Origin: Balanoglossus misakiensis
Lineage: Eukaryota > Animalia > Hemichordata
Assembly: GCA_040954595.2 (NCBI GenBank)
Contig: CM082590.2
Span: 11,470,655 to 11,534,654, forward strand
Length of the DNA stretch: 64,000 bases
Direction of reading: 5' to 3'
The position numbers were made by a program, and so were the translations under genes. Each line of letters begins with the position of its first letter. Position 1 is the stretch's first letter. This document shows positions 57,101 to 64,000 of the stretch, piece by piece. Below the pieces are notes generated by a model. The model made no database searches. It worked only from the letters and a program-made list of their open reading frames with translations, and was not told where the DNA came from.

Positions 57101-60100
57101 CCACAACAACGTTCCGTTTCACCGCCTCGTTCTGGCAGAGACTGATCCACAACAACCACCTGTTGCACCGTGCTGTTTTGGCTTAAAGTTATCCAGAACT
57201 ACGCCCTGTTTCACCATGCCGTTCTGCCATAGACTGATCCACAACAACGTTCCGTTTCACCGCACCGTTCTGCCAAAGACTGATCCACAACAACCACCTG
57301 TTGCATCGTGCTGTTCTGGCTTAAAGTTATCAAGAACTACGCCCTGTTTCACCATGCCGTTCTGCCATAGACTGATCCACAACAACGTTCCGTTTCACCG
57401 CGCCGTTCTGCCAAAGACTAATCCACAACAACCACCTGTTGCACCGTGCTGTTCTGGCTTAAAGTTATCCAGAACTACGCCCTGTTTCACCATGCCGTTC
57501 TGCCATAGACTGATCCACAACAACGTTCCGTTTCACCGCCTCGTTCTGGCAGAGACTGATCCACAACAACCACCTGTTGCACCGTGCTGTTTTGGCTTAA
57601 AGTTATCCAGAACTACGCCCTGTTTCACCATGCCGTTCTGCCATAGACTGATCCACAACAACGTTCCGTTTCACCGCACCGTTCTGCCAAAGACTGATCC
57701 ACAACAACCACCTGTTGCATCGTGCTGTTCTGGCTTAAAGTTATCAAGAACTACGCCCTGTTTCACCATGCCGTTCTGCCATAGACTGATCCACAACAAC
57801 GTTCCGTTTCACCGCGCCGTTCTGCCAAAGACTAATCCACAACAACCACCTGTTGCACCGTGCTGTTCTGGCTTAAAGTTATCAAGAACTACGCCCTGTT
57901 TCACCATGCCGTTCTGCCATAGACTGATCCACAACAACGTTCCGTTTCACCGCGCCGTTCTGCCAAAGACTAATCTGAAACAACCACCTGTTGCACCGTG
58001 CTGTTCTGGCTTAAAGTTATCCAGAACTACGCCCTGTTTCACCATGCCGTTCTGCCATAGACTGATCCACAACAACGTTCCGTTTCACCGCCTCGTTCTG
58101 GCAGAGACTGATCCACAACAACCACCTGTTGCACCGTGCTGTTCTGGCTTAAAGTTATCAAGAACTACGCCCTGTTTCACCATGCCGTTCTGCCATAGAC
58201 TGATCCACAACAACGTTCCGTTTCACCGCCTCGTTCTGGCAGAGACTGATCCACAACAACCACCTGTTGCACCGTGCTGTTCTGGCTTAAAGTTATCAAG
58301 AACTACGCCCTGTTTCACCATGCCGTTCTGCCATAGACTGATCCACAACAACGTTCCGTTTCACCGCCTCGTTCTGGCAGAGACTGATCCACAACAACCA
58401 CCTGTTGCACCGTGCTGTTCTGGCTTAAAGTTATCAAGAACTACGCCCTGTTTCACCATGCCGTTCTGCCATAGACTGATCCACAACAACGTTCCGTTTC
58501 ACCGCCTCGTTCTGGCAGAGACTGATCCACAACAACCACCTGTTGCACCGTGCTGTTCTGGCTTAAAGTTATCAAGAACTACGCCCTGTTTCACCATGCC
58601 GTTCTGCCATAGACTGATCCACAACAACGTTCCGTTTCACCGCCTCGTTCTGGCAGAGACTGATCCACAACAACCACCTGTTGCACCGTGCTGTTCTGGC
58701 TTAAAGTTATCAAGAACTACGCCCTGTTTCACCATGCCGTTCTGCCATAGACTGATCCACAACAACGTTCCGTTTCACCGCGCCGTTCTGCCAAAGACTA
58801 ATCCACAACAACCACCTGTTGCACCGTGCTGTTCTGGCTTAAAGTTATCAAGAACTACGCCCTGTTTCACCATGCCGTTCTGCCATAGACTGATCCACAA
58901 CAACGTTCCGTTTCACCGCGCCGTTCTGCCAAAGACTAATCCACAACAACCACCTGTTGCACCGTGCTGTTCTGGCTTAAAGTTATCCAGAACTACGCCC
59001 TGTTTCACCATGCCGTTCTGCCATAGACTGATCCACAACAACGTTCCGTTTCACCGCGCCGTTCTGGCAGAGACTGATCCACAACAACCACCTGTTGCAT
59101 CGTGCTGTTCTGGCTTAAAGTTATCCAGAACTACGCCCTGTTTCACCATGCCGTTCTGCCATAGACTGATCCACAACAACGTTCCGTTTCACCGCGCCGT
59201 TCTGCCAAAGACTAATCCACAACAACCACCTGTTGCATCGTGCTGTTCTGGCTTAAAGTTATCCAGAACTACGCCCTGTTTCACCATGCCGTTCTGCCAT
59301 AGACTGATCCACAACAACGTTCCGTTTCACCGCGCCGTTCTGGCAGAGACTGATCCACAACAACCACCTGTTGCATCGTGCTGTTCTGGCTTAAAGTTAT
59401 CCAGAACTACGCCCTGTTTCACCATGCCGTTCTGCCATAGACTGATCCACAACAACGTTTCATTTCACCGCGCCGTTCTGCCAAAGACTAATCCACAACA
59501 ACCACCTGTTGCATCGTGCTGTTCTGGCTTAAAGTTATCCAGAACTACGCCCTGTTTCACCATGCCGTTCTGCCATAGACTGATCCACAACAACGTTCCG
59601 TTTCACCGCCTCGTTCTGGCAGAGACTGATCCACAACATCCACCTGTTGCACCACGCTGTTCTGGCATAAAGTTATCCAGAACTACGCCCTGTTTCACCA
59701 TGCCGTTCTGCCATAGACTGATCCACAACAACGTTCCGTTTCACCGCACCCTTCTGCCATAGACTGATCCACAACAATGTTCCGTTTCACCGCGCCGTTC
59801 TGCCAAAGACTGATCCACAACAACCACCTGTTGCACCGTGCTGTTCTGGCTTAAAGTTATCCACAAGTACGCCCTGTTTCACCGCGCCATTCTACCAGAA
59901 AGTTGACTACAACTACGCGCTGTTTCACCGCACCGTTCTGCCATAGACTGATCCACAACAACGTTCCGTTTCACCGCGCCGTTCAGCCAGAGACTGATCC
60001 ACAACAACCACCTGTTGCACCGTGCTTTTCTGGCTTAAAGTTATCCAGAACTACGCCCTGTTTCACCATGCCGTTCTGCCATAGACTGATCCACAACAAC

Positions 60101-60340
60101 GTTCCGTTTCACCGCCTCGTTCTGGCAGAGACTGATCCACAACAACCACCTGTTGCACCGTGCTGTTCTGGCTTAAAGTTATCCAGAACTACGCCCTGTT
60201 CCACCATGCCGTTCTGCCATAGACTGATCCACAACAACGTTCTGTTTCACCGCCTCGTTCTGGCAGAGACTGATCCACAACAACCACCTGTTGCACCGTG
60301 CTGTTCTGACTTAAAGTTATCCAGAACTACGCCTTGTTTC
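30148..60340. repeat. 46-bp satellite (~656 monomers) with a 138-bp trimeric higher-order repeat
   Basis: Monomers A GTTCTGGCAGAGACTGATCCACAACAACCACCTGTTGCACCGTGCT, B GTTCTGGCTTAAAGTTATCCAGAACTACGCCCTGTTTCACCATGCC, C GTTCTGCCATAGACTGATCCACAACAACGTTCCGTTTCACCGCCTC alternate, with occasional dimers, tetramers and 45-bp variants. Left edge is degenerate, right edge is sharp. Confidence 0.98.
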
Positions 60341-60459
60341 TCTCTTTCTTTGTTACTATTCATATATCTCAGTCAATGGGTGATGACACTGCTGCAGAAT
60401 ACTACTGCTTTGTGTGACAACATAGAAAAAAAAACACTAAATATTTGAACACATTACTA

Positions 60460-60465
60460 TTTATT
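60460..60465 (-). terminator. Candidate polyadenylation signal AATAAA for the ballast-domain gene
   Basis: TTTATT on the + strand, ~210 nt past the stop codon; the region is AT-rich so chance is possible. Confidence 0.4.
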
Positions 60466-60674
60466 ACTAAAAGTTTTAACATTGTTACCATTAAAATACT
60501 GGAAATGTCTTTGTTGTAAATAAAGAAAAAAATAACATTAAGAAATACATTGCAGTTGTCTTTTTTTAAATTATTTTTTAAAAACTGAACAAAAGGTGAA
60601 TGCATAATAAGATAATCTTTCAAAAATTTATCTAGCTGCATGTAATTCAGATATTGCAATGTCGTGAGCTGCTT

Positions 60675-60834
60675 CTACTTAAGAATCGGCAATTTAAATC
60701 CATGGTATGTTTCTGAACTAAAGTGGTCTCTGATCTTCATAACAGCACAAGATGGCAACTCCACTCTTATATCATTGCCCAGGTAGCCCCAGCACCAACG
60801 CACCAATTGACGATAAGCTACATACCGATATGTT
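60675..60834 (-). CDS. Last coding exon of a stand-alone P2X7 C-terminal ballast-like (nanor/KolX-type) protein
   Basis: Acceptor TTTTCTTCTTTTCTTATGAACAG|A. Encodes TYRYVAYRQLVRWCWGYLGNDIRVELPSCAVMKIRDHFSSETYHGFKLPILK*, matching the P2X7 ballast motifs RxxAYR..W..G, LPSC..IR..F and YxGFK. Confidence 0.9.
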
Positions 60835-61064
60835 CTGTTCATAAGAAAAGAAGAAAACACACTGTTGAATGCCACACAATCATTTTTGCTATAAGCTTAT
60901 GCAGAAAAATGAAACTGAGATACATGTGGCCATCAAATCGATAATCTAATAAAAATATCAGTGACATATTTTGTGCTTTTTACAGAATTCATATTTTGTT
61001 CAAACAAGGCTTGTTGAACAGATAGTTCTACTATCCCTCTCACACATGAAAAAAGCAAACTTAC

Positions 61065-61292
61065 TCATTTTGTGGCTCTGATCTTGATCTTTTACCGTGA
61101 TATTGTTTACATTGGTGATACGCAGTTTTCAGCACCCAAACATCAAGACACACTGTAGAAAACCCTGGATGGCAGGTGATGCAACAATACTTTTCTTCCG
61201 AGTCATCCAGTATCTCTTTGATATGTGCAATCTCTTGACAGCATAAACACTCCCTTTGCGTTGGCATGACTTGGCAACTAGAGCAGTGGCAC
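61065..61292 (-). CDS. Internal coding exon (228 nt, phase 2-2) of the same ballast-like protein, carrying the Zn-binding cysteines
   Basis: Acceptor ...GGAAATAG|G, donor GA|GTAAGT. Encodes CHCSSC...ECLCCQE...CITCHPGF...QNE (CxCxxC, ExLCC, CIT). Splices in frame to 60834 (GA|A = Glu). Confidence 0.9.
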
Positions 61293-61567
61293 CTATTTCC
61301 GGTAAAAAAAGACAATATATGAGTACAGGTAAGTACTGCAAAATGTTGCACTGAGATCGTTAAGAGTGAACAGTGCTATCCTGCCACTCAAAACCATTGC
61401 TATACACAGTGCGATCGAGAGATTTGTAATCACTGAAGTACAGTGCGTACATATATTGACTTGTGTTTAGTGACATTTCGTAAAACAAGGTCAAAATCGT
61501 TGTCTTTTCAAAATCTTCATCGCCCACGCAGTGTCACTTACTGCAGTACAAATGATACGCAACATAC

Positions 61568-61647
61568 GGCCGATCGTCGCGCCTATCGAGTAAATGGGAA
61601 TGACTCGCCATGGGCTGGTTTGGTGAACGTGTACTCGTCGATGTCAT
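61568..61647 (-). CDS. Possible first coding exon of the ballast-like gene
   Basis: ATG at 61647, 80 nt open (MTSTSTRSPNQPMASHSHLLDRRDDR), phase-2 donor CC|GTATGT compatible with the next exon. It gives Pro where the family usually has Trp before CxC, so it is uncertain. Confidence 0.3.
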
Positions 61648-61681
61648 GACCTCGTTATAGACATGGGGAAACTTCACGATC

Positions 61682-61691
61682 CAAAATGGCG
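61682..61691 (+). promoter_or_regulatory. YY1-type motif CAAAATGGCG in a CpG-rich putative promoter
   Basis: Match to the AAAATGGCG consensus, lying between the 5' end of the minus-strand gene and the ETS-site array. Confidence 0.45.
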
Positions 61692-61730
61692 ACCCCATAT
61701 TCTTTCTTTTCTTCTACACCCAAAACAAAC

Positions 61731-61882
61731 CTTGACTGGCCCCCTTTGACCGCGCCGTTACGACCGGAAGTGGAGGGCAGCCCTGACTGGCCCCCTTTGA
61801 CCTGGCCGTTACGACCGGAAGTGGAGGGCAGCCCTGACTGGCCCCCATTGACCGGGCCGTCACCGCCGGAAGTGGAGGGCAA
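61731..61882 (+). repeat. Three ~51-bp units at the start of the GC-rich minisatellite
   Basis: CCTGACTGGCCCCCTTTGACC(GC/TG)GCCGTTACGACCGGAAGTGGAGGGCAGC; the third unit is a hybrid with the 48-bp type. Confidence 0.93.
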
Positions 61883-62506
61883 CCAGACACCCCCTTCGAC
61901 CGGGCCGTCACCGCCGGAAGTGGAGGGCAACCTGACACCCCCTTCGACCGGGCCGTCACCGCCGGAAGTGGAGGGCAACCTGACACCCCCTTCGACCGGG
62001 CCGTCACCGCCGGAAGTGGAGGGCAACCTGACACCCCCTTCGACCGGGCCGTCACCGCCGGAAGTGGAGGGCAACCTGACACCCCCTTCGACCGGGCCGT
62101 CACCGCCGGAAGTGGAGGGCAACCTGACACCCCCTTCGACCGGGCCGTCACCGCCGGAAGTGGAGGGCAACCTGACACCCCCTTCGACCGGGCCGTCACC
62201 GCCGGAAGTGGAGGGCAACCTGACACCCCCTTCGTCCGGGCCGTCACCGCCGGAAGTGGAGGGCAACCTGACACCCCCTTCGACCGGGCCGTCACCGCCG
62301 GAAGTGGAGGGCAACCTGACACCCCCTTCGTCCGGGCCGTCACCGCCGGAAGTGGAGGGCAACCTGACACCCCCTTCGACCGGGCCGTCACCGCCGGAAG
62401 TGGAGGCCAACCTGACACCCCCTTCGACCGGGCCGTCACCGCCGGAAGTGGAGGCCAACCAGACACCCCCTTCGACCGGGCCGTCACCGCCGGAAGTGGA
62501 GGCCAA
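61883..62506 (+). repeat. 48-bp minisatellite, 13 units
   Basis: CCTGACACCCCCTTCGACCGGGCCGTCACCGCCGGAAGTGGAGGGCAA; 624 bp = 13x48. Confidence 0.97.
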
Positions 62507-64000
62507 CCTGATACCCAACCCCTTCGGCCGCCAGGCTACGGCCGGAAGTGGAGGCCAACCTGATACCCAACCCCTTCGGCCGCCAGGCTACGGCCGGAAG
62601 TGGAGGCCAACCTGATACCCAACCCCTTCGGCCGCCAGGCTACGGCCGGAAGTGGAGGCCAACCTGATTCCCAACCCCTTCGGCCGCCAGGCTACGGCCG
62701 GAAGTGGAGGCCAACCTGATTCCCAACCCCTTCGGCCGCCAGGCTACGGCCGGAAGTGGAGGCCAACCTGATACCCAACCCCTTCGGCCGCCAGGCTACG
62801 GCCGGCAGCGGAGGCCAACCTGATACCCAACCCCTTCGACCGCCAGGCTACGGCCGGCAGCGGAGGCCAACCTGATACCCAACCCCTTCGACCGCCAGGC
62901 TACGGCCGGCAGCGGAGGCCAACCTGATACCCAACCCCTTCGACCGCCAGGCTACGGCCGGCAGCGGAGGCCAACCTGATACCCAACCCCTTCGACCGCC
63001 AGGCTACGGCCGGCAGCGGAGGCCAACCTGATACCCAACCCCTTCGACCGCCAGGCTACGGCCGGCAGCGGAGGCCAACCTGATACCCAACCCCTTCGAC
63101 CGCCAGGCTACGGCCGGCAGCGGAGGCCAACCTGATACCCAACCCCTTCGACCGCCAGGCTACGGCCGGCAGCGGAGGCCAACCTGATACCCAACCCCTT
63201 CGACCGCCAGGCTACGGCCGGCAGCGGAGGCCAACCTGATACCCAACCCCTTCGACCGCCAGGCTACGGCCGGCAGCGGAGGCCAACCTGATACCCAACC
63301 CCTTCGACCGCCAGGCTACGGCCGGCAGCGGAGGCCAACCTGATACCCAACCCCTTCGACCGCCAGGCTACGGCCGGCAGCGGAGGCCAACCTGATACCC
63401 AACCCCTTCGACCGCCAGGCTACGGCCGGCAGCGGAGGCCAACCTGATACCCAACCCCTTCGACCGCCAGGCTACGGCCGGCAGCGGAGGCCAACCTGAT
63501 ACCCAACCCCTTCGACCGCCAGGCTACGGCCGGCAGCGGAGGCCAACCTGATACCCAACCCCTTCGACCGCCAGGCTACGGCCGGCAGCGGAGGCCAACC
63601 TGATACCCAACCCCTTCGACCGCCAGGCTACGGCCGGCAGCGGAGGCCAACCTGATACCCAACCCCTTCGACCGCCAGGCTACGGCCGGCAGCGGAGGCC
63701 AACCTGATACCCAACCCCTTCGACCGCCAGGCTACGGCCGGCAGCGGAGGCCAACCTGATACCCAACCCCTTCGACCGCCAGGCTACGGCCGGCAGCGGA
63801 GGCCAACCTGATACCCAACCCCTTCGACCGCCAGGCTACGGCCGGCAGCGGAGGCCAACCTGATACCCAACCCCTTCGACCGCCAGGCTACGGCCGGCAG
63901 CGGAGGCCAACCTGATACCCAACCCCTTCGACCGCCAGGCTACGGCCGGCAGCGGAGGCCAACCTGATACCCAACCCCTTCGACCGCCAGGCTACGGCCG
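62507..64000 (+). repeat. 52-bp minisatellite, at least 28 units, running off the window
   Basis: CCTGATACCCAACCCCTTCGACCGCCAGGCTACGGCCGGCAGCGGAGGCCAA; units appear identical from ~62819. Confidence 0.97.

Noticed and set aside
30102-60448. Long + strand ORFs (up to 957 aa) in the 46-bp satellite as real CDS
   Set aside because: They follow from the 138-bp period, are repeatedly broken by monomer gains and losses, and show no recognisable domain. Kept only as a finding about frame openness.
60341-61730. Terminal inverted repeats or target-site duplication bounding the gene island
   Set aside because: Only a low-complexity TCTTTCTTT similarity near both edges; no convincing inverted repeat or TTAA duplication, so no mobile element feature was called.
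61655-62615. 309-aa, 287-aa and 257-aa ORFs across the GC-rich minisatellite
   Set aside because: Units of 51 and 48 bp are multiples of 3 and GC-rich, so several frames on both strands are open; the frame fails once 52-bp units begin. The ATG at 61686 is equally explained as part of the YY1 motif.
30148-64000. CRISPR array
   Set aside because: No unique spacers between repeats, no cas genes, and the context has spliceosomal introns.

Overview
Eukaryotic, most likely invertebrate animal, DNA that is about 97% tandem repeat, in four blocks. (1) 1-~29845: a nested macrosatellite in which a ~1786-bp AT-rich spacer alternates with arrays of a 260-bp unit (6, 8, 13, 8, 14, 8, 6 and ~1.6 copies). 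Each 260-bp unit looks like an amplified exon-intron module on the + strand, and the spacer carries several inverted-repeat hairpins. (2) ~30148-60340: a 46-bp satellite (~656 monomers) arranged as a 138-bp A-B-C trimer, with nested 1.6-kb and 5.4-kb duplications. Its long ORFs follow from the periodicity. (3) 60341-61730: a 1.4-kb unique island with the only credible protein-coding sequence, a spliced minus-strand gene for a stand-alone P2X7 C-terminal ballast-type Zn-binding domain (nanor / Kolobok KolX-like). (4) 61731-64000: a GC-rich minisatellite whose unit changes 51->48->52 bp, whose first 21 units each contain the ETS site CCGGAAGTG, and which shares a core motif with the 46-bp satellite on the other side of the gene. 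All alignments, counts and folds were done by eye; no searches were run.
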